A stretch of 64,000 nt of DNA from Azolla caroliniana (lineage: Eukaryota; Plantae; Polypodiophyta). The notes under the pieces are model-generated. The model did no database searches and had not been told where the DNA came from. It saw only the letters and a list, made by a program, of their open reading frames with translations. The stretch covers positions 13,764,001 through 13,828,000 of the forward strand of contig JBHGNT010000001.1 of assembly GCA_043228905.1 (NCBI GenBank), in the 5' to 3' direction. Below, piece after piece: positions 50,802 through 62,590 of this stretch (position 1 is its first letter; every line of letters begins with the position of its first letter). Position numbers and translations under genes: made by a program.

Positions 50802-50965
50802 ATACACATGTTCATCTCATTCCAATGGGTTGCGGTTTCTATGTATTTGTGTGAGTGCGAAGCACGGTCGTTGTTTTTCTCGCTCCCCTCCTGCTCTCTT
50901 GCTCCTCAGTCCAAGACCCTCGTGGTCCCGCCTCATTCTACATGCACGCGCGTAACAACGCAACA
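44422..50965 (+). mobile_element. Ty3/gypsy of the 4-bp-TSD lineage; 5' LTR end, PBS and gag start deleted
   Basis: 5' LTR 44422-~44860; 3' LTR 50281-50965; PPT GGTGGGGGCGGA; TSD ACGT. Confidence 0.93.
44861..50207 (+). pseudogene. gag-pol: Gypsy gag-pol
   Basis: LLDHG protease; IQDLQPVN, LPQGGMNS, FLDDI RT; VTVDMSPTGIG RNase H; GHRG..CESC and ADRGE integrase. Confidence 0.93.
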
Positions 50966-51741
50966 ACGTTTCCGCAAAACGCACTCGTTTTTATTGACGA
51001 GTTCACGCTCGGACGGATAAAATTTGGAAGGAGCCGGACTTTTCTTTTCTGCCAACAAAGGGATCACCTTCGAAGAAGAAGTGAAAGTCGTTGCCTTCCT
51101 ATCAAGCTTGCTGGCGAGTTGGAAGGTATTCTGCATGACATACGACAATAGCCGACTAATCCTAAATCTGGATGAGACAATCGGCCAAGTCCTCACCTAA
51201 GACATTCGGCGAAAATCGATGGGACTTACCATCGATGAATCGGTAGAAGCCCATCAATCGACCGAGTTGAACGAGAGAACGAGCCGACAGAACCAGTCGG
51301 AACACCAACCGACCAAAAAAGAGGGGAGACCGACAACAGTTGAAGTCGAGAACGGGCCCACAGGCGAATTCTGCACACACTGCAGAAAAGCTGGCCACAA
51401 TGTTTCCGACTGTTGGGTGATCAAGAAGAAAGAGAGTGGTTGGAGATCCGAGAAAAATCGAGGACGACCCTACTCGGACCACTCTCTAGTTGGCAACCAA
51501 ATGAACGTTGTCGACTCCCGATCAGGAGAAATTCTCTGCTTAGAGTATTCAATGACCAAAGAAGTCCTATACTGTGCATAGGATGCACACACGTGGTTAC
51601 TGGATACTAGTGCCACATTCCACGTGAACCCCAACATTGAATGGTTTATGAACTATTCAGTCGATGCCAACGGCACAATCCGACTAGGAAATGGGTAGGA
51701 CTGCAAGATAGCAAGAGCTGGAGAAGTTTCCATCAAATTGC

Positions 51742-51887
51742 CACCGCTTTTCTCTGCTCTTCGAGAACATCTACAGCTTGGGTGTGTGTCGTAGCTGATT
51801 CGTCCAGTTTATCCTGAAGCGCTTTTAGGCTTTTCCTAGCACTGGCCTGGATGCTAGTTTCCCTATCCGATGATTGTCGAAGTTTCA
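51742..51887 (-). other. Filler DNA derived from a homologue of the gypsy extra ORF
   Basis: Translates to MKLRQSSDRETSIQASARKSLKALQDKL, which aligns with ELRQSSDKEKEIRANRRKAVKTLEEKL at ~35540-35620. Confidence 0.75.
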
Positions 51888-54800
51888 TGTGGAATGTGGC
51901 AATATAAGCGATAACCCAACATTGTAAAGAAACATCTCTTGATCATCTTGTACATCGAGTCTCTGAGAGAGAGAGAGAACGTAATAAAAAAGCTTCCATT
52001 AAAGCTCAAACTGTTTATATCCTCTGTCTATTCTCTTGTCCTGCTTTTGCGTTGTTTGTTGAGCATAACCGACAGGTCCACACATACGTTTCCGTGCATA
52101 TCTATCTCTCAGTATGAGAGCGCGAGGGTTGAGAACCTCTGCTACTGATGAGGGATCTCTACAAACAAACCCTAACGCCCGGCAAAGAAAGACAAGGAGA
52201 AAATGGACCAAGGAATGGCTAGCTCTCTCTCGACAAAGAAGCTTGACAGATCCAACTACGCATCTTGGTCGTACAAGATGCACCAAGATCTACTCAAGCA
52301 TGGCTACTGGAGTTATGTCGCCGGAGCCAACGATACAAAACCTAATGCGGCGCATAGGGACTTCCCAGCTTGGGAACAAGCTGCAAGGAGGGTAATGTAC
52401 TACTTCGCATTCAGTGTCAGTGATCAATTGCTGAGCCATATTCAGGACGCCAAGACGCCAAACGAAGCTTGGGGAAACCTGAAGAAGGTCTTCACTGCAA
52501 GCACCATGGCCTAGAAGCTGCAATGTCAGATAGAAGGACATGTCGGTGGCCTACTACACGACCCAAATCAAAGACATCTGCGACTCACTTGCCTCCATCA
52601 ACGTGACCGTCGAGGAAGATGAGATGGTGCAGGTTTGTCTCAAGGGCCTCGCATTGAAGTTCAGAGCATTCTGTACTGCAGTATGCAGAAGGGAGAATAC
52701 ACCTTCGTTTTTCGACTTACAGTCGATACTCCTTATAGGGGAGAACCACGCGGGTGCGTTGACGAGTACGCACATCGACAACAAGATGTTGTACATGGAG
52801 GCAAAGAGGCCCCGTGGTCATGACGAACAAGGCGGATCGGTGCGCAATGCAGGTGGATGACAAGAGCAGAATCAGAGGCAAAAAGATGGTGCCAACAACA
52901 GTTCCGGAGCCTCCGGAAACAGGGGGAGTCAAAGCGGTGTCAGAAACTGGCAACGAAAGGCCGACACGGAATGTTGGTACTATGGCCGGAAGGGCCACAA
53001 AGAAAGCGTGTGCCGAAAGAAAAGAGTTGATTCGGATAAAGCCGAATCAAGCTAGAAAGACGCAAATAGGCGTCACCAATTGCACTTCGCCAGTAGCTCG
53101 GAGAGAACCTAGTTGGAATTGGGCCTCGTAATGAATCATAAGGCCAACCAGATGGGAGTATTCGACTCAAAGTCAGAAGAAGTTTGGTATGTGGACTTTG
53201 GAGCTGTAAACCACATGATAAACCACAAGGAGTGGCTCTGCTTTCTCGAGAAGCCGGAGAAGTTGGGGGTAGTCGAAACCGGAGATGACACCCCACATCC
53301 CATCGAGGACATCATAGATGTCCCTCTGAGCCATGTGGGCTAGAAAGGGGTCATGAGGAACGTCCTGCATATCCCGACGATCACCAAGAACTTGGTGTCA
53401 GTCGACCAAATTGTAGATCAAGGAATGCAGGTTTGATTTACTCACCACGGTTGCTTCATCGAGGAGGAAGGCCGAATCATCGTGCAAGGGCACCAGGATG
53501 GAAGAATGGCCATCCTCAAAACCAATGATGTAGGCACCACTATGTTCGCGAAAGGGCAGAAGGTCGAGTCGGACATCGACCTCTGGCATAAGAGGATCGC
53601 CCACATCAACTTCCGGACGCTTTAGGAGATGTAGTCAGAAACCGTGGTTTCCGGGCTGCCAAAGTGTAGTGTGGACGGAAAGGCCAAGTATGTGAAGCTT
53701 TCCATCTTGGGAAGTAGCATAGGCTTCCATTCCCCAATGAGAAGAATCAGAGCTGGAATCAACTCGATCTCATCCATTCCGATGGGTGGGGACCGGCTCA
53801 AAATGTGAGCATCGGCGAGAGTCAATATTTCGTCTCCTTCATCGACGATTTCAGCCAACACACTTGGATCTACTTAATCAAGAAGAAGAGCAACTTTTTG
53901 TGCTTTCGGGACTTAAAGAATCATGTAGAACAAGAAACCAGAAGGAAGATCAAGTGTCTAAGATCGGATGGCGAGAAGAGTTCACAAGTTACCTACAGAC
54001 GAAGGGAATCCGATGAGAGTTCTCCTGTAGATACACGCCGAAGTAGAAAGGTGTGGCCGAACATTGGAGAGACAAAATTTGCATGCCCTGAATTTATTGG
54101 CCCGAAACAATTTGGATTTCCATCTACATACAGAATTAGATATCTACCTCGCGGACAAAGGTGTCGCCGCATGAATTGTATTTCGAGCAGAAGCCGAATT
54201 TGGGCACCTACAGGTATTCGGCAGCATTGCATATGTGCATGTGCCAGAGGAGAAACGGAAGAAACTGGATGCAAAGTTTGAGAAGTGCATCTTGGTTGGC
54301 TACTCCGACGAGCAGAAGGGGTACAAGTGCTACAACCCCCGTTCGAAACAAGTCCGAGTTAGCCATGATGTCGTTTTCGACGAATCCGTGTCATTGTACT
54401 TCTCATCACCCAAACCTAAGCTGATTGTTGTGGAGAAAGAAACTAATTCTGGAACAGAAGGAAACAAAGCGAAATCCTAACTCCCAGATAGTCCGACTTC
54501 ACTTTGGATTAGTGGTCCGAATCCGGATGAGGTGAGCCGAAACGGTCAACTAGATGACGAGTCGGCGAGTACTGAAGACTCGGTCATGCTCTCCTTGCAC
54601 AAGGAACCGAGGAGACGGTTCACACAGAAAGAGAAAGGGAAGAAGAAGCTATCAGAGTACGTCACGGACAGGGAAGAGTCGGGTCTCAGTGAGTCCGACT
54701 CCGGAAAGAACAAAGAAGGATCTTCGGAAGGGAAGTCTGAGTCGGTTAAGCGAGCCAGGAAATCGGTGGATGAGAAGTTGCGTTGTTCCACCTGTCAAAA

Positions 54801-55575
54801 GCACCTTGTAATTCATTACGGATATAACGATTATATGGCGCATCATTATGCGTACGTGGTGAAGGTGGCACCTATGTGTGAGCCGGAGAGCTACACAAAA
54901 GCGGCTATGGATCCGAATTGGCAGCAGGCCATGGAGGAAGAGATGCATGCACTCATGACAAATGAGACATGGGACTTGGTGGATGTACTAAAAGAAGTGA
55001 CGCCGATCAGTTGTCGGTGGGTGTATAAAGTCAAATACAATGCCGATGGATCCGCCAACTGGTACAAGGCCCACCGGAATCAATTATGACAATACCTTCA
55101 CGACGGTTGCGAAGATGACAACAGTCTGTGTCTTGCTTGTAGTGGTAGCGGTGAAGGGGTAGCATCTACATCAGATGGATGTGAAAAACGTGTTGTTGCA
55201 TGGCAACCTTGAGGAACATGTGTATATGGTCCAACCCCCTGGATTTCAATCCGGAATTAACATGTCGGTTGTTTGCCGACTAAATAAGTCCCTTTATGGA
55301 CTAAAGCAAGCCTCGTTGTCCTGAAGATTTTTGGCACGGTGTGAAAATTTTGTGGAATGAACGAAATCGAGAAGGTGCAATGTGCACATGTGAAAGGGGT
55401 GAAGGCCACACGCATATGCTAGCGTGTTGTAAATAGGACTAAAATGAGAATCATAAAAGAAAATCTAGATGTAAAGTTAAACATGTGCACGTGTGATGTG
55501 CGCTCAAACTTTTGTGAATATAAAAGTAACACTAAAGCCTAGTAACATTTGAGTGCATTCAAAGAGGTGCAAGCA

Positions 55576-55629
55576 AGGCTTGAACTTTGCACCTCCAAGA
55601 TAGGAGACAATTGACATACCATTAGGCTA
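55576..55629 (-). promoter_or_regulatory. tRNA-like A-box/B-box module in LTR U3
   Basis: TAGCCTAATGG-32nt-AGTTCAAGCCT. Confidence 0.65.
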
Positions 55630-56078
55630 AGATGTTTCTTTGAAATTTATTTTCATCATTGTACTTTTCACATGTAAATTCTCATACATGAGAGCTTGGA
55701 TAAGTGACATGGTCATCATGCATCACATGTGTCTTGTACCCTCACATGCATCATATGCATGGGGGCATCTATAAAGGAAGAAAAAGAAAAAGGATGGGGG
55801 GGGGGGAGCACTGAATGAAGAAACTTTTAATAAAAATTCTAGGTATCTCATTGGTGATATATCTTGCCTCTCAAAATTGAAGTCTAGGGTTCAATCTCTC
55901 TCTCTCTCTCTCTCAATTTGTCTCAAAGAGAATTGGAATATCCGTCTCTCAATCTCTCTCCCTCTATCTTAAATACTTTCTCGCTTACGTTAGTACAAAG
56001 TTTGAATCCTTCGGGTTCAGGATCCCGGCGGTCCCGCTTCATTTCACGGACACACGAGGATTACCTCGACAACTTTCT

Positions 56079-56095
56079 TGGTGAACCCAACGTGA
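56079..56095 (+). other. PBS complementary to tRNA-Trp
   Basis: TGGTGAACCCAACGTGA versus TGGTGAACCCGACGTGA expected from plant tRNA-Trp (recalled sequence); 7-nt spacer from the LTR. Confidence 0.75.
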
Positions 56096-56969
56096 AGAAG
56101 CGGTAGGAAGGATCAAGAAGAGGATCGACCGATTTTGGAGATGGCATCCTCAAGGAATCAAAAGGGATAGTTCGAAAGCATGATGGTAATTGTCGACCAA
56201 ATGATGAGATCTCAGGACAACAATGCGACTGTGCAGAAGGCTGTCTACTACGTCTTGGAGATCGAGGATCAATTTGATGGAAGGAACATTAGGAAGTTCC
56301 TTGGTGCATACAAAATGGAGATGAATCAGAGGGACGTGTTTGAAGCACGCCAAATCTCAAGTTTCAAGAGAGTTGTCACCACCAACGTCCAGAGGCAGGT
56401 CATCGAGCTTCAAGAAGGGAAGACAACATGGTCTGAGTTCGAGAAAGCAATATTAGCGGAGTTTGCGATCGACAATTTGTCAAAGATGACTCGACATGTC
56501 TTGATGAAGTGGGTAGAGAAGAAAAATAAGAAGATGAGGTGAATTGGGGACTCTCCTTGAAGATGATGCCCAAGCGAACGGTCTTGTGACAGATTGGACT
56601 GCAGTGAAGCGATCATGCAACAAGCTGGACAAGCGTCGTCAATGGCTTGATGACATTGACTTGGTAAGGACAATCATAGAAAAAACAAGACCATCTAAAG
56701 AAGTCGATCCGTCTAAACAAAGCAACTTGGATGAAAAGAAGATTGATGATCACTCGAGGATGGCGAAGGCCACTTCGAGAGAGGATGAATGTTTCGGAAC
56801 ACGCGTCGTGTTTGAAACATTGGATGATGAAGGAGCAAGTCTAATCAAAGCTTGCGTCACAGGAGATAAAGAGTGTGAGGTTGGCACGATTGAGGATCTA
56901 GCCCCTAAAAACGACATCAAGGAGGTGGCTATCAAGAAGACAACAAGGGTGGCCGACGAACATGTTGAG

Positions 56970-57660
56970 ACTTTCTCCACACTTGTTCCAGAGACTTGGG
57001 CAGGTGCATCTAAGAACCAACGTGAGACCCAAGGGACGGATGGTGGCGAAGAGGAAGAGAAGGACCAAGACAATACAGTTAATGACATCGGCCTGAAGAT
57101 GGCAAGAGAGAGCAACGACCATGGAGAGGATTCCTCCACACTTGTTCCAGAGAATTCGATAGTTGTGTCCAAGAGCCAACATGAGACTGAATAGACGGAA
57201 GGTGGTTGCGGGGAAGTGAAGGATGAAGCCAATGCGGATAACAACATCAAGGCGAAGATAGATATGGATGAGTTGATGGTGAATGGTGGTCACAAGACTT
57301 TCCCCACACTAATTCCAGAGACTTGGGCAGTTGCATCCAAGAACCAAGATAAGACCCAAGAGACGGAAGGTGGCAACGAGGGAAAGTTCAAATACAATGT
57401 GAAAGATGACATCAAGACAAAGGTGTTAGAGGAAATTGACCAAAGACAAATGGATTCCTTCGCACATGTTCTAGAGACTTGGCAGTTGCATTTCGAAGCC
57501 AATGTGAAAACCCAAGAGACAGAAGATGATGGCGGGGAAGCGAAGGTCCAAGCCGATGCAAATAACGATGTCGGGGCATGACCAATAAATACATATGGAT
57601 CTCTCCGCACTCGTTTTGGAGACTTGGGCATTAAACAATGTAAGACCTAAGATAAGGACC
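56970..57660 (+). repeat. Five degenerate ~145-170 bp coding repeats
   Basis: Units at ~56973, 57132, 57300, 57456 and 57600 encoding TLVPETW..SKNQ.ETQ.T.GG. Confidence 0.85.
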
Positions 57661-58457
57661 GTGACGGCAAAGAAGCAAGGGTTGAAGTTGATGTGTGGGA
57701 GAAAGAGGTCAAGCAAAGCACATCGACGAAAGTTGATGCATGCAAAAAAGCGTCCGCGCAAAGTATGACAAGGGATGACGATGTCCAAGCGATCGTCTCC
57801 TTGCTCGAGGCACTTTGGCCCATCACACATTTTTGTTTTGTGTCTTTCACCCCAAGTCTTTATTTGAATAATGACTTTGACTACCCCATGTAGTACCTTC
57901 AAGTGCATGCCCACTTCGAGATCCTTACGCTACCATGCTCTGTGTTTCTCACTTTTTCCACTTTCATGGTACAATCTCATGTTAGAGTTGACAATGTTCA
58001 CACCAATGTCTTTGTTAGATGTTTTGATCACATCCAGTCAAAGAGTGAGCGAATGATATGCTCGATTGGGTGGTGACAATGGTTCGAGTGAAAGGAATGG
58101 ACATGCTCGAGATGGCGGAATCTTAGTGATCATCGTCACCAAAATCTCAAACTCTCTTCTTGGCACGTATCAGAGGACATGCGGTTTGGTGGGGTGGATT
58201 TCGTGAAGATTTTCGGCAATGATGTGAAAATTGTGTGGAACGAACGAAATCGAGAAGGTGCAACGTGCATGTGTGAAAGAGGTGAAGGCCACACACATAT
58301 GTTAGCATGTTGTTAATAGGTCTGAAATGAGAATCGTAAAAGAAATGTTAGATGTAAAGTTAAACCTGGGCATGTGTGATGTGCGCTCAAACATTTGTAA
58401 ATATAAAACTAAGATTAAAGCCTAGTAATTTTTGAGTGCATACAAAGGGGGCAAGCT

Positions 58458-58511
58458 AGGCTTGATCCTTGCACCTCCAAGATAGGAGACAATTAACATA
58501 TCATTAGGCTA
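58458..58511 (-). promoter_or_regulatory. tRNA-like A-box/B-box module in LTR U3
   Basis: TAGCCTAATGA-32nt-GGATCAAGCCT. Confidence 0.65.
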
Positions 58512-61075
58512 CGATGTTTCTTTTAAACTTCTTTTCATCATTATACTTTTCATACATGAGAGCTTGGATAAGTGACATGGTCATCATGCTTCACATGTGA
58601 TGCACGAATGCCAAATGGGAAACATGCATCGCATGCATTCCATGCATTGTATGCATGTCTTGTACCCTCACATGCATCATATGCATGGGGGCATCTATAA
58701 AGGAAGAAAAAGAAAAAGGATGGGGGCGAAGCTATGTATTGAATGAAGAAACTTTTAATAAACAATCTAGTTATTTTATTGGTGATGTATCTTGTCTCTC
58801 AAAATTGAAGTCAAGGGTTCAATCTGTCTCTCTCTCTCAATCTGTTTAAGGATTGGAATCTCCGTTTGTCAATCTCTCTCTATCTATCTTAAATACTTTC
58901 TCACTTATGCTAGTACAAGCTTCGAATCCTTCCGGTCCAGGACCCCGGCAGTCCTGCTTCATTTCGCGAACACGCGAGGATTTCCTCGACACTAAGTGCC
59001 TGGAACGCAAAAATCAGGCAGCGACTGCGTCGAATGGGTTTTGCCACGTCGAAGTTGGACTCTTCAATGTTCATCCAACCAGGTCAGCACGGGCCGGTAA
59101 GAATTTTTCTTTATGTTGGAGACTTAGTCATCGTCGGCTCCGGCCTGGTCGAAATCGACTGCGTCAAGTCCAAACTCGCAACATCGTTTGAAATGAAGGA
59201 TCTCGGGGACCTTCATTACGTCCTTGGGATCGAAGTGATCCACAACCCGGAAGGCATACTAATCATTCAACGTCATTACCTGCTGAGTATGCTCTTCAAA
59301 TTCGATATGATGGAATGCAAGTCCGTCTCAACTCCTCCAGATAGGAACGTGAAGCTTCGCCCCGACTCCGGAATGACATGTGACCTGAAAAGGTTCTGGT
59401 AGATTGTCGGAAGCCTTATATACCTAGCCATCACTCAGATGGATCTTAGCTATCCGGTCGGCTTGATCAATCAATTCATGGTGCATCCGATTGTGGAGCA
59501 CCTTCAATGCGCGTACTGAATACTCAAGTATGTTAGTGGCACTAAGGAAAGAGGGTTGTTGTATCGGGCCGGTATAGCCAAACATCTTGTTGGCTCTACA
59601 GACGCTGATTGGGCCAGAAAAGTCGGTGATTGAAGGTCAACTTACAGATTCACATTTTCACTTGGAAGTGTCGCAGTCACTTGGAGCCGCAAGAAACAGG
59701 CGACAGTTGCACTTGGAGCGGTTGTCGCAACATGTGAAGCCATTTGGCTCCTAAAGGATCTGCAAATGGAGGTGTTCGATCCGACGACGATCTACTTTGA
59801 CAACCTCAATAGTATCCAGTTGGTGAAAAACCCTATCTTCCACGCCCGGACCAAGTTCATTGAGGTGCATTACCATTTATTTCGTGAGCGTGTCATCTCC
59901 AATGAAGTCGAACTAGTGTATGTTCCAATGGATTGGCAGCCTGCCAACATCTTCAACAAACCTCTCGGCCTAGACAAGTTGCAGCAATTTTCGGGTCTAC
60001 TTGGTCTCCAACACCTCGATATGCCAAACTTGAGGGGGAGAGTCGAAGCCGAAAAGCAGGAAAGAGGTGATAAGGAGAGAAATGATGTACGGAAAGCCGA
60101 ATCGGATGACGGTTTCGATTTCGGACTGACTAGAAAAGGTGGAATGTTTGGGACGGATGGACAAGTGCAGATAGAACGGAGAAGTGGAGACTTGTCGGGC
60201 GTAGGGGGAGTGACCACAAAGGTAAGCTAGAGCCAAAGCCAACCGAAAAAAGGGGAGGTAAAGCCAAGAAGGCCGAGAAGACTAAGACACAGACGTGGTT
60301 CGAAGTCCTGAGGGATCTGAAGATCGAGGAGGAGTTGGACACAGCCAACTCGGACAAGAGTGGGAATGAATTGGAGACAGAGACAACCGATTTGGTCAAG
60401 AGTCGAAGTGAATTGGAAGTAGTCGATCCAATCGAAATGTTTGGTTCGGAGGAGCCGAATCGATTGGCCAAGCGATCATGAGGGCAGCAGAAGCCATCAC
60501 CGAAATGGAGGAGCCAGCGGGTTGAGAAGCGCCAGAGTCACAACAGCGAGGTAGCTGACAAGGGCCAAGGGAGCAGACAAGCCGACCAAAGAGGTTGAGG
60601 TACGCGGAACTGGATAAGTCGTGGGAAGAGGAAGTGGACTGGACAAGGAGCGCGAGCCAGGCAAGAAGACGCCAGGAAGAGCCGGACGGAAGGATCGGTA
60701 GACACTAACACCACGATCCGACCTCAAGTTGAGCTTGAGGGGGAGTGTTGCGCGGGCAAGCTCAACCGAATCCAGATCAGCTCAATAAGCTAGAGTCGGA
60801 TCGGTATCCAGAGCATAGAATCAGATCAGTGTCTGGATAAATTGGATCCGGAACCTAGAACTAGATCGGAGAACCGGACCATACTCCAGAACAATGTGAA
60901 CCAGTAGACTGTTGAAGTTCAATGGTCTAAGCCTAGTACGTAGGCATATTCCTTGGAGTATTTATGAGCATCCAAGTACTTATGGTACTTGTGTCAATAC
61001 GTGTAAGGACTTGTATAAAAGTGCTCTCTGAGCAGATTTGATGTACAGAGTATTTTATTTTGAATTGAGTTTCTA

Positions 61076-61077
<2 letters not shown>

Positions 61078-61134
<57 letters not shown>
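61078..61134. repeat. (CT)n microsatellite in a copia LTR
   Basis: Pure CT run; similar runs at 19565-19604 and 24538-24568. Confidence 0.95.
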
Positions 61135-61137
<3 letters not shown>

Positions 61138-61253
61138 TGTGTGTCTCTATGTCTTTCAAGTGTATTCAAGCTTTCCATTAAATCTATGTTCTGTGTTATG
61201 CTGTTATCCGGACTAGCCGGTTTTGTCTTAACTTCCACACAATATCTTTTACA

Positions 61254-62590
61254 TTACTATATTTAGATATTTACATATGTTTATATGTACATTAAGCCTT
61301 GTTCATGTGCATCCTTGCACATCCCCATTCACATGTGTTTGACTCCCTTTCTCCTGGTGGCCGAAATCCCTCACAACATCCACCCCCACCAAACCGCACA
61401 TACTAGAGGAGGATTTAGAGTAATTCCTTACTCGTCCTCCTCTGATCCATCGTCGATCACGTCCTCGTCCGGCCTCTCAGCCTCATCTTCTTCTTCCACC
61501 TCCGGATCCGGTTCCGCCTCGTGTCGCCTCTTGAAGGCTTTTATTCGTTTTCCTGCAACCAGTACCGTAATATTTGTTCTGTCGAGCTCCGCTAGGTAGT
61601 AGATTGCATTGTCATTGGCGCTCATCACCACATACGGCCGGAACCAACGTCTTGCAAACTTCTGGGTCGACCGATGCTAATTGGCGAGGTGGTTGTCATA
61701 GACCAGCACCCGGTCACCTTCCTCGATCTTCTTCAGCCTTAATCGGTGCGTCTGATCAAACCTTCCCTTGTTCTTTAGCCTTGTCTCTCTCACCCATTCC
61801 TTCGCCCTTTCGATGTCCTCTAGTCTTCGTTCGAGTTGGCGTATCTGCACCGCTAGTAGCTCCTCCCAACTCATTTCATCCAACCAGTGAGCCAACATCC
61901 ATGATATTATCGTCCGCTCTACCGGCATGATAGGCTTTTGACCAAACATGAGTTCGGCTGGCATGTACCCGGTTGCCAAACTCTGTGTAGTCCGATCGGC
62001 CCACAATGCATATGGGAGAAGTCTCGGCCAATTTTCGACTCATCCATCGCATGGCCGCACTATCTCCTTGATGATCGGCCCATGTCTTTGTTCGACCTTC
62101 CCGTTCACTTCCAGATTGTACGCCACCATGAGGGAAATCTTGACCCCTCGATGGTTCAATAGCTCCTTGGCTTCCTGTGCATCCAACTCCCCTCTGTCAG
62201 CCACGATCTTCCTGACACATCCATACCGGAAGATTGCATCTTCGATTAGCAACCGACATACTACCGCAATTGTCTTGTTCGTTAAGGCTCGGCCCTCCAC
62301 CTGGTTTGTTAGGTCCTCTCTCACAAGCACCAGGTACCACATCTGTCCCACCCCCATTGGCATCATCATTAAATCAACCATCCACTTGAAGTGAATGGTC
62401 AGCGGGTAAGTCGGGTGCAGCTCATCGCGTTGTCGGATCACCGAATGCATTTGGCAGCTCTTGTATGTCGACACGAAATGATGGACTTCATTGTACATCC
62501 TTGGTCACCAGTACCTCTCCTTCAGCTCCTCAAACCTTGCCCATGTTCCCCAATGTCCGAACCAAGGACTCTCGTGGAATTCCAACATCT
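61254..62590 (-). mobile_element. Gypsy 3' part (integrase, PPT, start of 3' LTR at 61378); same lineage as 44422
   Basis: HFKWMVDL..REDLTNQVEGRAL..ADRGELD; PPT GGTGGGGGTGGA. Confidence 0.9.

Larger units (their letters stand above)
39110..51057 (-). mobile_element. Full-length decayed Tork-like copia; 5' LTR rearranged and interrupted
   Basis: 3' LTR 39110-39429; PPT GGGGGAG; PBS ~44109-44120; 5' LTR 44123-44421 plus 50966-51057; TSD AAGGG. Confidence 0.92.
38324..52111 (+). mobile_element. Tork-like copia with pol deleted, inserted inside the host PBS
   Basis: 5' LTR 38324-38605; PBS TAGTATCAGAGC; gag 38710-39109 plus 51058-51740; partial 3' LTR ~51901-52111; TSD GTATC/GTATG. Confidence 0.88.
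55317..58991 (+). mobile_element. Non-autonomous gypsy (gag plus acidic repeat region, no pol)
   Basis: LTRs 55317-56071 and 58199-58991; PBS 56079-56095; PPT GGTGGGGTGGA; gag homologous to 44844-45473; TSD not recognisable. Confidence 0.88.
52203..60230 (+). pseudogene. gag-pol: Copia gag-pol of the 37877 element, interrupted in RT at 55317-58991
   Basis: MDQGMASSLSTKKLD, WYVDFGAVNHM, FIDDFS, CRWVYKVK, MKDLGDLHY, RTKFIEVHY. Confidence 0.92.
37877..61253 (+). mobile_element. Old Ty1/copia hosting nested elements
   Basis: LTRs 37877-~38316 and 60746-61253; TSD TTACT; PBS split as TGGTATC (38317) ... GTATGAGAGC (52112); PPT GAGGGGGAG. Confidence 0.9.
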
